Shown here: in pieces, positions 50,626-63,915 of the stretch
How positions within the stretch are numbered: the first letter of the stretch is position 1
Layout: each line of letters starts with the position of its first letter
Origin: Anthoceros angustus
Lineage: Eukaryota > Plantae > Anthocerotophyta
NCBI GenBank assembly: GCA_010909165.1
Contig: VJWM01000204.1
Span: 124,001-188,000 of the forward strand
DNA length: 64,000 bases
Direction of reading: 5' to 3'
The notes under the pieces: generated by a model
Database searches by the model: none
What the model was told of the DNA's origin: nothing
Seen by the model: the letters and a program-made list of their open reading frames with translations, nothing else
Program-made: the position numbers and the translations under genes

Positions 50626-51699
50626 CCCTCTTTACATAACCTCAATTCTATCCAATATTCTCTCATTTCAATTAGCAAATAGATCGCTAGATAATACATA
50701 TCCTTTGGGTTAAGATGTTCAAAATAGAGATTTCAATGTAGAGAGTATCCGGCTCAAGATATCATTCTTCAAAAATGGTCATTAAGATGTTTTTGAGAGT
50801 CACTCCAACTTCCTCGGGGCATGGCATCACAGTCTGACTCGTCAGCGCCTGAGAGGTAGTTAGGGCGCCCTTGTGCGCGTACTTGTGCGAGCACAAAGAA
50901 CACGGTAATATTTGAAGGGGCTCAATATACAGGAAGCGGCTTTCAGGGTACATATACCGGGAAGCGGCTTATTTATGGTCTCTCAAATGGCGGTTGTACC
51001 AATTGGTCATGAAAAAGGGTGCAAAGTAAGGGTCTTAATATGGGGTGTAAGAGCATAGCTTTGTGTACCTAGGTTTCAGGTATGGTCATTGACTTACGGC
51101 CTCCATCGTTTTTCCTATAAACAATACCCATACCGCACTCCATGCTTGCGGGTGAATGAAGATCAAATACGTGAAATTTCAGAATAAACGGATAGATGCA
51201 TCCAACCTTCCATCTCAAACCTCATCGGCCTGGCTACTTCCGAGCGGTAATCCCGGCTAGGGTTCTTTAGATCATGTGTAATTATAAACCTTAATTGGTA
51301 TGCCGTGCGGGCCTCCTCGTGGGGCGCATCACCTAAAGCTAGTCTTGAGCATGAGCAAATACAAACACCCACGGCAATGTCGTGACCAAAGCATGCTTGC
51401 TATCTAACACCCCAAATTACTGGAAACCATTTATGGAAACCATTTGTGGTATTTGAGATGTACTTCCATCCAAACTGGGTTCAGCAAAAATAGAACATTG
51501 CGAATTTGAGAAGTCCGTTGATACATGGGGGCGCCGGTGGCGGCACGCCCGACTATCATGTTGAACACCTATGATCCTGTTCGACAGACCACGACGCCAA
51601 TGGCACCTCATGATTACTCCTCGCCAGACTCTAAACCTTGGCTGACATGGGCATACGTCACCATCATCGCCGCTATCATCTTGTACGCCAGTGCGGGGT

Positions 51700-52892
51700 T
51701 GCGAGATGGGGGCGAAGGCACCCAACTTCTCCCTGATTGCTTTCTTATCCGCTGCATACAGATGTTTCCTCGAGTTCAACTTGAAGCCATAATAGACGAT
51801 AACGGTTTTCCGCACAAAGACCGTCTGGATATTAGGAGGTCTTGAGACTTTACCAGCTTTACTTTTTGATGGTTGTGCATTGTTGTCATCTGTTCTGCAA
51901 ACATATTCTCCCATATACTTCCCCTCGTAAGCATCCGTGTGCTCTGTTCTCCACCAATGCACACGTAAATAAGGGTCAGCGGCATTTAGGTGGACACTAA
52001 TAACCTTTGCAATCCAAAATGGCCGGTTGTGAGTATCCCCCTCACAAGGAGTTACGAGAAACATGCCCTTCTGGATCTCCATGATATCCCCATTCATCCT
52101 TTCCACCTCCTCTTCACGTCGTTCTGTACTCTGGTGACCTCCCAAATACATGTATCTCTGAGGTACTTGTCGGAGTAATGCTTCGTCCAGAACTGCTTCT
52201 TCTGGTACGTGCACTGGGGGGACTAGTAATTCGGCCCCTGCCCTGTCGTACCACTTCCACTCGTTCTGCAAGACAAGTCCAATGTTGTTGTCAACAATAG
52301 TTGCGATCTCACTTTGGTCCTTCCAGAATTCAGTCCACCACTCCTCTTCCTCTGCATTCACATATGTAGGTATAGCTTTAGTAAGCCTTTGCGTAAGTGG
52401 TCAACGCCCTCCAACGCAGTGTGTCCACCTTCACTCCCCTTCTTGTCTTTGGCTTGCAGAGCCATTAATGGTGCAGGGCCAATGACCGTGACAGGAACTG
52501 AAGTCAAAAACTCCAAGCCATCTTCGCTTTCCCATTGCGGGGAAGTGGAATATTGTTTACTTCGTATGACCGTCACCTTCCCCCGTCCAAATCTATCTTC
52601 TCTTGTAATTTTGAGCTGTCTTTGGAATGAGAGGTTGTTCACCGCTATACTTGACTTGTCGGTGCCCTCTTGCACCTTTCCTCACAGGCCACACATAAGT
52701 TCGAAAGTCTGGCACTTCATTGAGTACTTTAACCTCTGGATTTGGTGTGAATGCCGTTCTCAATATGTCCATCATAATCGGGAGGGTTCGGGCCTCTTTG
52801 TGCTTGAGATGCTTTGAAAAACAGGAGAACATCTGATCAACTTGGTCATGCGTATGTCCCACTAGCAGAAACCGGATAAAAAAGGAAGCCAC
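51700..52892 (-). mobile_element. Frameshifted transposase-like gene fragment with FLLVGHTHDQVDQMFS motif (DUF7869-type) plus C-terminal domain
   Basis: Three consecutive ORFs (52892-52593, 52675-52358, 52361-) form one reading. It includes GHTHDQVDQMFS, V.DFRTY, SKQYSTSPQW and PFWIAKV...LRVHWW. Confidence 0.6.
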
Positions 52893-52904
52893 GTACTATT
52901 ATCA

Positions 52905-53706
52905 CCAACTGCAGCCGTTGCTCATCTAAAGGACGGTCTTTCGGAACTTAGGCCTTACGTGACATCAAGTGAGTTTTTATGGTGGGAAGCTTTCTGGGTG
53001 GACCAAGAGGAAATTGCTGTTATTGTGGAAAACAACATTGGCCTTGTGCTACACAAACCTTGGAGGTGGTACTCCAGATCTGAAGTGGAAGGTACAGCCC
53101 AACCTCTGCATGTTCCTGATGAAGCACTACTAGAGGAGGCATTGCTGAGGGAGCTCCCACAACGAGATATGTATTTGGGAGCATACCAAAACCTGGGGAG
53201 GCAACAACAAGAAATGTCACGGTTGAATGGTGATATCGCAGAAATAAAGTCAGGGATGTTAGTTGCAGTTCCCGCGGACACAAACACGCAAAATAAACCC
53301 TTTTGGATTGGGAAGGTGACTGGTGTTAAACTACATGCACCACAGCCTCACTTCCTTGTTCATTGGCGGTGAACACACGGTCTCGTCTGAAGGGAGTCGT
53401 GGAAGAATATTTAATCGAGGGATGGCAAGGAGCCTGGGAGTAACCCGGGGAGAAGGGGGGCGAAGGCTATCCATCGAAAGAATATCCAACAAGTTTTTGT
53501 TCACCAAACGGTCATCCTCTATTATGGGTTCAGCTTGACTACATGGAAACATTTGCGATGTGGATAAGAAGGAAATCAAGGATAAGTTAATTAAATTGCG
53601 AGGCTTTATTCAACCAGCGAGTCAAAGTGCAACCGAGGACAGTGAAGATGATGGTCATGATGCCGGGCCCAGCGAAGATGATGGCGTGGAGTCGGGCGAA
53701 GAGTAG
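52905..53706 (+). pseudogene. Diverged inverted paralogue of the C-terminal part of the 51700-52892 gene
   Basis: WWEAFWVDQEEIAVIVENNIGLVLHKPWRWY aligns with WWTEFWKDQSEIATIVDNNIGLVLQNEWKWY, and NIQQVFVHQTVILYYGF with NIQTVFVRKTVIVYYGF. Stops and frameshifts after 53370. Confidence 0.75.
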
Positions 53707-56445
53707 GAAACACTCTGAATGTTGGGTCATCTTCGACGGGCAATTGGTGAGGTTATGCGTGAAGCTCCATTCCTGTAGTTTGGAGTGCACATTTCCAGTG
53801 GCAGTACAAATTTCTGAAAAGTGTCTACCCCCATGATAGGATTTTGGTTGTGAGTGTCCTCTGTGAGCCGTTGTAGACTTGACATAGTTAATATCTTCCA
53901 ATGTTCAAGAGTTTTTCCATTACATTCGGAAGGACATGTGGGGAGTGTGGCCGTAGGGCCGCGCTCGACATTGCGGCATAATGAAAGGCAACACACGATG
54001 AGTCGTACGGGCATGTTTTTATGTGCGACATGTCGGCGGGAACTAGTTGCCGCACACTTTTTTAAGTTCATCGATTGCAGTCTGGGGGACTGAAGCATGT
54101 GATTATATTTGCGGGCTCAATTGAGACTGTGCGGAAGCCATGCCCCCACCCCAATCCTAAAGTCTATTTGTAAACAAATCGCACTAAAGGCCTGCTACTC
54201 TCCGCTATTCGCAATGCATCATCGCAATGCCGAGAGGGGCAGCGGCGCGCCTCCTCTCGACACCTTTGCTACCTGCGGCGGGTCACTGTCATCCAAATCT
54301 GATCACCGTTCTTTTTTGGAGTTTTCAGTGTTGTTGAACGAGAAAGACAGGCAGTTACCGGCAGCAATGGCCCTTGTCATGGGTCTTAAATCTGCCCCAA
54401 ATGAGGTTAACTCTTACACCATAACCCTTCGCGGGCATGAAATGGATCTTAAATCACTGGTTTATACGAATTGTCACCCTTCTTTTCTGCCTTAAATTGA
54501 CCCATACCCCAAAAACCACGAGTTCAATACCCATGTGAAACCCCCTTCAGAAGATATATGTCACAAAACCCTCTTCGTGAATATTCACCCCCTTCGCAAG
54601 ATATCGTGTTCCCCTTTCTAAACAGACGCTGTTAGTGATATTAGGGGTCATAGTCAACAAAGTTGACATTCGTCAAGCTTGTTGTCTAAGGTTTTGAGGA
54701 AATTACTCAACTTCATTATTTCCTCTTATTTGATTTTATCTGAAGTTATCACAAAAAACAAAATTGGGTCGTTCCTCGTAAAAACCTATTATGTTCAAGA
54801 AGCTGTAAAAGTCAAATCTTATGCCACCAATGTTACGCACCACTAGGTCAGCTTGTTGATTTATGAGGACAACAAAGAGGATCTCTTTTTAGGGTGAACC
54901 AAAACCGGATGTTGATAAAACCATCACGGGTTCTATCAACCATCTTGATAAATCTATTATCTTTTATCTTCAACATCATTTGACTTTTTCTTCACGTGAA
55001 TTCGGAGACGATATTTTAGAGTATACTTCGAAGTCCCGCACTATGATTTTGATCTAGAGTAACCCTGAAGGGCATTAACAATCGGCGGCCCCCTCATTGC
55101 GGAGACGGGAACAAGGATTTTGATATGGAGTAACCCTGTAGGATACTAACAACTGGTGGCCTCGCACACTCCGAAGACGAGGGCATGATATTTATAAGAT
55201 GTGGCCTTGTAAGGCCATGAAGTTGGTTGGGTGGCACCCATCCAAGCACTGATGGGTCCGAAAGATGCTTAAGTATGGAGTTCCAATGAACTCATGTCTG
55301 GTTATCATTCCTTGAAGGGGGATGCAATGTTCAACTTTTAATAACTAACTCTCAGTACAGCGGGCTACAAGCGGGCCACCTCTTTATCCCGCTCACTCTC
55401 AAAATGTATGGGGCCATGGCCGAGTCAAGTCCTGTGCCAAATCCTACCACTCCCGTAGGCACAGCTCGGGCCTGTCCCTTTCTTACTTTACAGCTTACTT
55501 CCGACCACGCGTCTCCATCGCCCTTCATAGGGCCCTTTCAACGGCGATTCTCCACAAGGCGGCAATTGTAGGTGATGCTTCTTCCTCATCCTCTATGGTT
55601 TGCAAGCCCTTTGTTCTTCCTGCTTATGACGTTTTGGGAGCAGTAGGTACTCTTAGGTAAGGAGCTTAGATGCTCCTTTTCACCTTGACCCTTGTATCCT
55701 TTTTGGTTGTCCCCTACTAGATGGTCTTCTTGCCATCGTTTTTATCCTAAATAAAATACACTCTCTTTTAACAACTTGAGTTTATCTCTTCTCTATTTAT
55801 TTAATAAATAGAATCCAATTAACTATAAATAAATTAAGTTTATCTTATCTCTCTTTATTTAATTAATTAAATTTATGTATTAAAGTAAGATAGCTACCTA
55901 ATATGTCCCTTGATTTAGGTTTATCCAATAAGGCCTCGTACTCCAAATATACCTATGAGGTATCATCTTAAATTTTGTATGCAATTGTTTAGTTACTTAA
56001 AAGAATACTTAAGACTTATTAAATCATCTAGTTATTACCTAATGAACTTGTGAATATAGAGTTCAAGAGGTTGCTAATGAAGCAAGGACCTCAAGAAAGG
56101 TTTACTACATATATCAAAGTGATAGGGATCTTCCCTCTCTTCTATTTATGCAAATACCTTTCTTCAATTTTCTCTTCCATTCATGCAAAGTCAAATAGTT
56201 TATAAATGAAAGTGAATTGACATTCAAAATTTGTTGTTATACATACACCTTTTTGGTAAAGATATCATAAGTTCTTTCTTATCAAGCAGTTATGCCAACT
56301 TATGCAGATTTTGAAAGGTCTTACATTGAATTGAGCATATGTGGTCACAAAAAATTTTATAATGTATTTTTTGGAGACTGCTTAGATTTGTCTATTATGG
56401 TTTAAAAGAGAAAATTATTTATATTCATAAACTACATCAAGAAAT

Positions 56446-59011
56446 ATGGAGCAAGCAGTTGAAGCTGTCTCGATAGTTGGAGCAGTAGCACAAGCTATTG
56501 CTGGCATGGACTTAGGTGATGGAAGGTTAGGGGAGGAAGCACAAGGACTAGAGCAAGCTGCCATTGGACTTGGAACATTAGGACAACTTGACCAAGCTGT
56601 GCTTGACACCAGAGAAATTTTAAACGAATTAATGGATGGTGACCCTAATTATGACCCCACTGGACATTCACAAAGAAGTATACTTGTTGCAAGTCAACCA
56701 ATTGAAGAAACGTTACAAGTTATCACAGACAAAGCACATGACATTCTTGCCATTGTTGAGGCTGAGCTAGATGCCCTCAATGCAGCGCAGGTGATAACTT
56801 TTTCAAATGAAAGTAGCATATTGAATTTCTTTCGGCGATAACATAGCCTATGTTTTGTGGTCGCAAATTGCTGCATTAAAATAACGGATGTATAGATGCT
56901 TCCAGAAAGCGCTGGATATTAGTAGGACAAAAGCATTTCAAGATGGAGATGCACTTACAAGTAGAAGCATGGATGAAGATTTACTAGCCTGTAAAGAAGT
57001 AAGTAAGTTTTCAGACAATCATGTTAACATATTGATAACGATTTTTTCACACTTTGGGATAATTGAGAAATGTGGTGTGATACTTTTAGTTGCAAGACAT
57101 GCATAAAAAATATCGCAACCTTTACGATAGAGAACGAACTTTCCATCAAAACAGCGAAGCTATTATGCGACTTCAAAATGCATTGTTATGTAATCTTAGA
57201 GGTGACAACAGGGTTGTACAACAAAAACTAGACGAATATTGGCATGTGGTGAGCATAATTCAAATAATATATTAGGATCTCTTAAAATAAAATTAAAATA
57301 TTGAAATATTTTTTCCATGTGCTCTGTAGGATTATGCCCCTGAAATCGCTCGATTACAAGAGCAAGCAAATAAATTTACAAAGATGATTGAAGTTGAATC
57401 AAAAAAGTTGAACGATTTGGAATCAACTATTGAACAATTTGCTGCCAAAGAGTTAGCCGCAATGACAGCTATGGGAGGCCGATATGCTGCTAGAGATATG
57501 GCTTATCATACTTGCATTATGATTAAGATATTGGAGAATCGGGTTGAAAAGGTTTAAAGGTCTTATCCCAACTTTGGAATTCCACCTTTTTGAGGGTTTT
57601 ACACATGTGCAAAATCATATTTGCATATTGACATAAAACTGGATGTTAGACGTGTCATTATACCAAGTACTCTATGTGATGTAGAATTTTTATTTTCTTC
57701 TAGGCTAATTATGATCTTAATATGGTGAATTCTCATAATAAAGCCCTTAAACAAGAAATGAAAAAGTTGCATTTTGAGCAAGGAATTTATGATAGTATAC
57801 AATCCAAAATGGAAAGGGACATGGAGTCAAACAAAAAAGAAACAAATAAATATTTAGAATGGTGCAATTGCATGTATGAAGAGAGGCATGAAATTCAAAG
57901 AATAATTTCAGGTTTGTAGAGATTAGTAAGACGAGTTAAAGTTTGTAAGGATAGTATATCTATCAATCTCTAAATTATTTTTGAGAAAAAAATCAATATT
58001 AAACTTTACCTAACATACATGATCATTGAATGGCTGTTTTTAGAGTTGTTGGAAATGGAGGAATGTGAGCGAGCTTATTATCGATGGCAAAACACAGGAG
58101 GATGGTCACACGCTGATGCAAGTCCTCTTCAAGAAACAATTCGTAGAAAGGTACCTTTTTTACTTCAACCAATATTATGAAAGTCAGAATGATAAGGTTA
58201 TTAAGATGCATATTCCCTTTGAGAAGAGATACAATGCATAACACCCACCCATTCATGAAACACTTGAGATTTTTTTTCCTACAGGATCCGGAAGATGAAG
58301 CAGCCTTGGCGAGTCAATATGAAACACCTACTACTGTGAGGTTTAGGCTTTTGATTGAATATAAGGCTTTCCATAAAACACAACATTTACTACGTGTAAG
58401 GAGCATCAAAGGTGTTCTTCCTGCTCTTATACAAGCTCGTGAAAGAAATGCTCAACTTTACGCTAATCTACTTCAACTCTCCCAGGTGCCTTTCATGTCT
58501 TATTTTCCAAAAATTAGAAAGTATATTTTATGATGTATTTTATAAGTTGAAAACATTGTTAATGCATATGTAGGCCATAGCGGAGGAAGAAGCCGAGCTT
58601 GAAGCAATGGCAAGAGCGCGTGCTGGCCTAGTTGGTACACCTGGAGAGCAAGAAATGATGGATCTCTTAAATTTGATTGCATCATGTGGTCTTAGTGACG
58701 AGGAACTACTACCCATCATTAAGGAGCTTCAAAAAGGAATCACAATCACTTTCCGAGATGCTGGTATGCAATTGATTGATTTAAGTTACGTTTCCTTGGA
58801 GTAAGAAATGTCCATCTAGAGTTTTGTTTTTAACTTTTTCTTTTGATTGCTTTGGAATTGCTTAGGGCTGGATTATGAAGAAGAGGAACCGGATCCATAT
58901 CATCCGGAAGTGGAGGAAGAAGCTTTTGTTCAATCTTTGGAGATGGCCATTGCCAAGTTATTCGGTTGTATTGAAAATTTCATTGACAAACTTTCAGGGG
59001 TTTTAAGTTAA
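56446..59011 (+). CDS. Divergent coiled-coil protein resembling outer-dynein-arm docking complex DC2 (ODAD1/CCDC114/CCDC63 family); 9 exons, AT-rich
   Basis: Exons 56446-56790, 56906-56998, 57090-57248, 57330-57551, 57704-57911, 58044-58150, 58285-58485, 58574-58763 and 58866-59011 splice GT-AG into one open frame. IKILENRVEKANYDLNMVNSHNKALKQEMKKLHFEQGIYDSIQSKMERDM parallels the recalled DC2 IRILENRLEKA..K.N.....NK.LR..I..LR.E...F..I...LEREL. Confidence 0.65.
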
Positions 59012-59719
59012 TCAAATATATGTATATTAATTATAGAATTTTAAAAAGATCTAGATATTAGAGGGAAGGAACAGAAGTCTACTTAGAAGCCTAACTAGGT
59101 ATATGCTTGGAGCCTTGATGATTAGACGGGTCCATATAGCATATTGTAATATTGTAACATAACCAGAAAGAGCTAGAAGATACAAGCATGCCTCCTACCT
59201 ACTACGGAGCACAACAACAAGCTCTTTGTAATTTAAACATTGAATTAATTAATTGACAAACTTGTACATTCTGGAAGCCCAAGTATGTGCAAAAAAGCGA
59301 CGCCAAGAAGCGAGCAGCACATGCTGCCATGGTAGCGATAGCCGGAGGATTTGTGGCTCGTTTCTTGGCGCCGCTGTGTCAGTGTAGGCCGGGTAATGTG
59401 GCTTGTCCATTCCTTGGAGATAAATAGCGGCTCATCTTCTGGCCAGATTGTGCTCTAATATTTCTCTGAGCACATTGGTACGTGCTCCGACCTTGTTTTG
59501 CATTTTGCTTACATAGCTGGTATTCCTTGTGCCTGGCTTCCTTGACGAGTCTCCAGGTTTTCACGCTGTCTGTGTACGTCACGGATCTCGGAGTGTGCTG
59601 CCCACTGCAGATTCTGAACAGGAATCAGTGTCCCCGCAGCTATGCCTACTTCTGAAGGTTATTGCAAAATTGAAAGAGCTTCGTAGATGGTTCGTTGCTG
59701 GGCTAAGAGGTTTGCCAGA

Positions 59720-61165
59720 ATGCAAGGGGTCATGGCAATGGCTACAGAGTGGTCTGCTGTCCCTTCAATATCCTCGAGGACTTGCCCAGAGAAGGGTGCA
59801 GATGGCCGCCGAACCAGGCTGTCTCGCTCTCTCCACGTGCGGCACCCGGCTCTGCACGCCAACAGGTGTGAGCATTGGGGTTCGCGGTTTCATGGCTCAA
59901 AGGCATCGGCAGCTGGCAGTCTGTGCATTCTGGACATAGCAGCAGAACTAGCCAGTGAAAGCCGTTTGCAGAGGGTGGTGTGGGAAGCACCGCAGTGTGG
60001 AATTCCTCTGACCATCGTGGAGGCCGTCACCGAGGAGGAGCTGAAGGCAGCTGCGTACTTGCGAGCACGAACTTTCTACACTTACCCGCAGGACAGATCT
60101 CCGGATGCTATCAAAGTATGTGCGTTTCGTTTTTGTGGAGGAGTAATTTTTGCCAGCACTCTCGAGTAGCATGCCTAGAGAGTACTGTCAATGACGATGG
60201 ATTGGGCCTGCAGCTGATGATATCAAGATACTTGCAGTCTTTTGTGCTTGGATTGACTGCACAACATTGTGGATAGGCCCACAGACAAATGAAGGCCCAA
60301 GATGACTGGCGAGCATTAGTCACAAAGGTGAATGGGTTTGATGATTCATATGGACGGGTTGTTTGCCTGATTGCTATGTGCCACCAGTCCAGCCTCGACC
60401 TTGACAATGAGAGTGATCTATTAACGTCATGTAAGGTGGGCTGTGTTTATAGGTTTTGCTGTGGACACACACAGACTCTGTCTTCAGTGTCTTTGTGAGC
60501 ACAAGTTTTTTCTCATCAAACCATTGTTCACAAATATGTCCTTCGACATGCATGCAGGTGGGGCCGAACAGCTTTGTGGTAGGGAGCCTTGATCTGAATC
60601 AAGGGATTCGGCTGCCAGGTGAAATCACAGGGGATTATCCTGTTGTAAGTTACCTGGCCTTCCTTCACATTGCCTGGAAGTCACTGCCACTTGTTGAGCG
60701 CAGCTGTAACACTCAGACTTGTTTACAGGGTCCCGACGCTGCGACTCAGCGAGGCTACTTGTCCAACGTTTGTGTAGCAGAAGAAGTGCGCCGAAAAGGT
60801 GTTGCAACAGGGCTGATAGAATCTGCTCGAAAGACTGCTGGACAGTGGGGTAATTTCTCTCGATCACATCCTCTCAGACCTTGGTGTCCATTGCAGAAAA
60901 AATTAGGATGGATCTTGAAAACGCTGTGTCAACTTCTTGTGATGTTGCAGGGATCACGGACCTGTACGTGCATGTTGTATTTGACAACGTGTCTGCGCAA
61001 AATCTATATGCAAAAGCTGGGTTCGAGTTTGAGAAAGAAGAGAACTCTTCAGCCACACGATGGGAAGCTCGTCCCCGAAGACTCCTACTACACTCAGATC
61101 TCCGGATCGTGGGCGATCAGACCGACACTGAACCTGAAGATGTTCTTGGTTCTGTAACATGTTAG
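59720..61165 (+). CDS. Plastid-type GNAT acetyltransferase; multi-exon
   Basis: AAAYLRARTFY, VVGSLDLNQG, RGYLSNVCVAEEVRRKGVA (acetyl-CoA motif), ITDLYVHV..DN..A..LY.K.GF and RPRRLLL. Confidence 0.85.
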
Positions 61166-61826
61166 CATTGCAGTGGATGATAAGACACTTGCTATTGTAT
61201 TTTCTTTGTCCACTTCCGGTACAATGACAATCTTTCTCGACATTCTCATCAGGGTTTGTGCACGAAATGCGCAATAACAGAGCGTAAGGTGCTCACGTGC
61301 AGCTCCAAGATTGCACCTGTGCACAGATTGCACAGAAGATTAACATTGTCCGCCGGGAAACAGGGGGACGAACATTCCCACAAGCCCGACAGAACAACAG
61401 TCGAACACTCTGTGGAGCCCGCACGCAAACAAAACTTCTCTAAGAACCACCACTATCTTCGTCGCACAAAAGCATCATCCATCCTCAGGTTGCCCAACTG
61501 TTGGGGCAGTCTACACGGGTCCAAACAGTTCACAAGTGGTGAACCATGTGGGCGGCTCACGAGCAGTGAACCTCCAATCCTGAAAGCCGGAGCACCGCTT
61601 TCAAATACCAGACCTCGATTCAGTATATTTAAAAAGCCCTTCGGCCACTAGTAGAGGTCTCCCCGGAATGCGCTGTCGTCCATCGCCTTTCGAGATATGG
61701 CGGTCTGCGTTGCAGAAGTCGTGGCATACCGCCGTAGGCACGGACACTACTCACTGCATCTCAGTACCAGCTCGCAGCTCATTCCAGAAGAATGACATAG
61801 AAATGGGTGCCTGAAGCGGTCACATA

Positions 61827-63691
61827 TCATGACGTTGGAGTCCTCTCATTGCTGTCAGCGACTATACTTCTGCTACAGAAGCATGAATAGACAGGATGAT
61901 CCCTTTTGGACACAAACTTGGAGGTTGAACCAGTCAGAACTGGGGATGATGATGACATGGTTGTCTTCATAGTAGGCACGATGATATTTGTTCTGCCCAC
62001 TGCAATACGCTCTCCAGCTAAAGTCGAATACATCATACCCGGAATAGCTGGGATAAACACATCACTTTCTGTACATACTATCAAATCAACAGCAAGCTCC
62101 AGCTGTGTTGTGCCGGTGAGCAGAAATTGATTCTCCTCATTGAAGGGCATACTGTATTCCTGCGGGAGATAGCAGCAGCATGTGAGAAGACAGCCACACC
62201 GGGGGTGAGAGGTCAGTGATATAAATAGGACTAAGGGGAGTGCTTGCAGGAGGAGGCACAGGGGACAAACCTTTGTGTGCATATTTGGGAACATCTCTAG
62301 TAAAGGATCAAGCATGTCATTCCACTGAGAATTTGTGAGATATATAGCGGTATTCCGGTCGAATCCCAAGTTCTGCAACAGAAGCCCAACCTCCACAGGA
62401 GAGAGACACTTCTTCTTCCTCACTTTCCGAGAGTCAAGGTCAGAAGCTCCAAAACTAGTGTTACACTCTCTGCGCTGTAGTGCATCCAGGCGAAGGTCCA
62501 CAGCGACGAAGTGTCCACCGAACTCTGCACCAGCTTCCTTGATGCGACTGACGACCCTCTCCCCTAACTTTTGCACCGGGAAGGAGAACCGCAAAGAGTG
62601 AAACATTACTAAGCAGCGTACCGCTTGCATAGCCCTATCCTCAACCTGCTGAAACCCTAACGCTGTGGTGAAACCTCTGATAACAATAAGCTGGCGCCGC
62701 TCCAGCATGGGCCTCAGATTCTCGTCAATGTACTCAGGCGTCACCCTGACGGGAACTTTGGTAAAGCTGTCCTTGGTAATATTGAGGGTGGCGGGAAGGC
62801 GGCCAACCACCCGAACGACGCCCTCCAGGGCAGCAATGAAATGTCGTACGCTGTATATATCCTCGAACTTACTGCAAGTCAGGCCACACACAACAAATCT
62901 CAGCCTGGCGGAACTCAAAGTGAGTGCTGGCTGCTCCGAGAGAAAAATGTATTCCAAACTCCACATACCCGCCAGGTTCTTGCAAACCCTCTTTCACAAT
63001 GGGGATCACCAAGGTGGCATTCAACTGGATAGCCACCACCACTGCATCCGCGACCTGCAGGCTTTTATCAAAACTACTCCGATGCCTCCCTCAAGAGACC
63101 GTGCCACAACGCACCAAAGGCAGCAGAAACAAAGCGGTGCTGACAAGCTACCTGCAACTTATGGTTGTGAGGCCCATTCGAGATCTTGACAACAACAAAA
63201 CCCCGGTTTCCAGCAGGCCTCGCCTTCTCTGCGGATCAATGCAAACGCCGACTCAGAATCTGAACCCCAGCCACGCATGGCAGCTCCAACACAGAGTGTT
63301 TCACACACTTACGCTGGATCCGATCGCTCCAACACGGCTCCAGCGCGGGAGCCAGGCCAGCCGAGAAAAGCGTGGTCATGTTTATCCTGCTGGCGGAAGG
63401 CACATCGGCCGCCACATCCTCGGACCGCGAGTTCCACCAATCCGCCGCGGCACCGAGCCTGTCCCTAATCTACACAACCGCAGCCGGCAGAGTGACCACA
63501 TATGGAACCCGAGTCCGGAAGCAGAAGGCGGGAAAAACAGAAACAGTAGGCGCACCAACCTCGGGCTTCTGGTACGCGAACTGCCCGAACGAGACGTTGC
63601 TGGCCATGTTGAGAAGAAGAACTAGGAGTCCTAAAGCCAGGAGAATCCCCATGGCCACCTTCAAGTCCGCCATGGCCGACCGCTTACTCAT
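61827..63691 (-). CDS. O-fucosyltransferase-family (GT106-like) type II membrane protein; multi-exon
   Basis: N-terminal TM (GILLALGLLVLLL), SKFEDIYSV.HFI, LRFS..V..LG, GHFVAVDLR, LSPVEVGLLL..LGF..NT.IYL and AVDLIVCTESDVFIP. Confidence 0.88.
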
Positions 63692-63915
63692 CTAGACCTA
63701 CTTGCACGCAAGCACTCCCCGGAGCGCTTCCCGCATTCCCCCCTCGTTCCCCTAAAGAATCCGCGCCCCGGCTGGAGGAGCCGCACCGAAGGCGGCAGCG
63801 GCGGGACCAGGGAGTCCATCCCGGGGCTAGCTAGGCGGGGGATTGGAGCTGGAGCGGGCAGATCGGGGGCGAGGCGAGCTCCCTCGCGCCTCTCCTGCGC
63901 ACCTTAGGCCACTCC

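Noticed and set aside
54109-54495. 128-aa ORF and small hairpins (54653-54667, 54911-54940) in the TE island
   Set aside because: No recognisable domain. The hairpins are short enough to arise by chance in AT-rich repeat debris.
58023-58256. Minus-strand 77-aa ORF suggesting an insertion inside the DC2-like gene
   Set aside because: The plus strand here is an in-phase exon (58044-58150) of the DC2-like gene, which explains the region.
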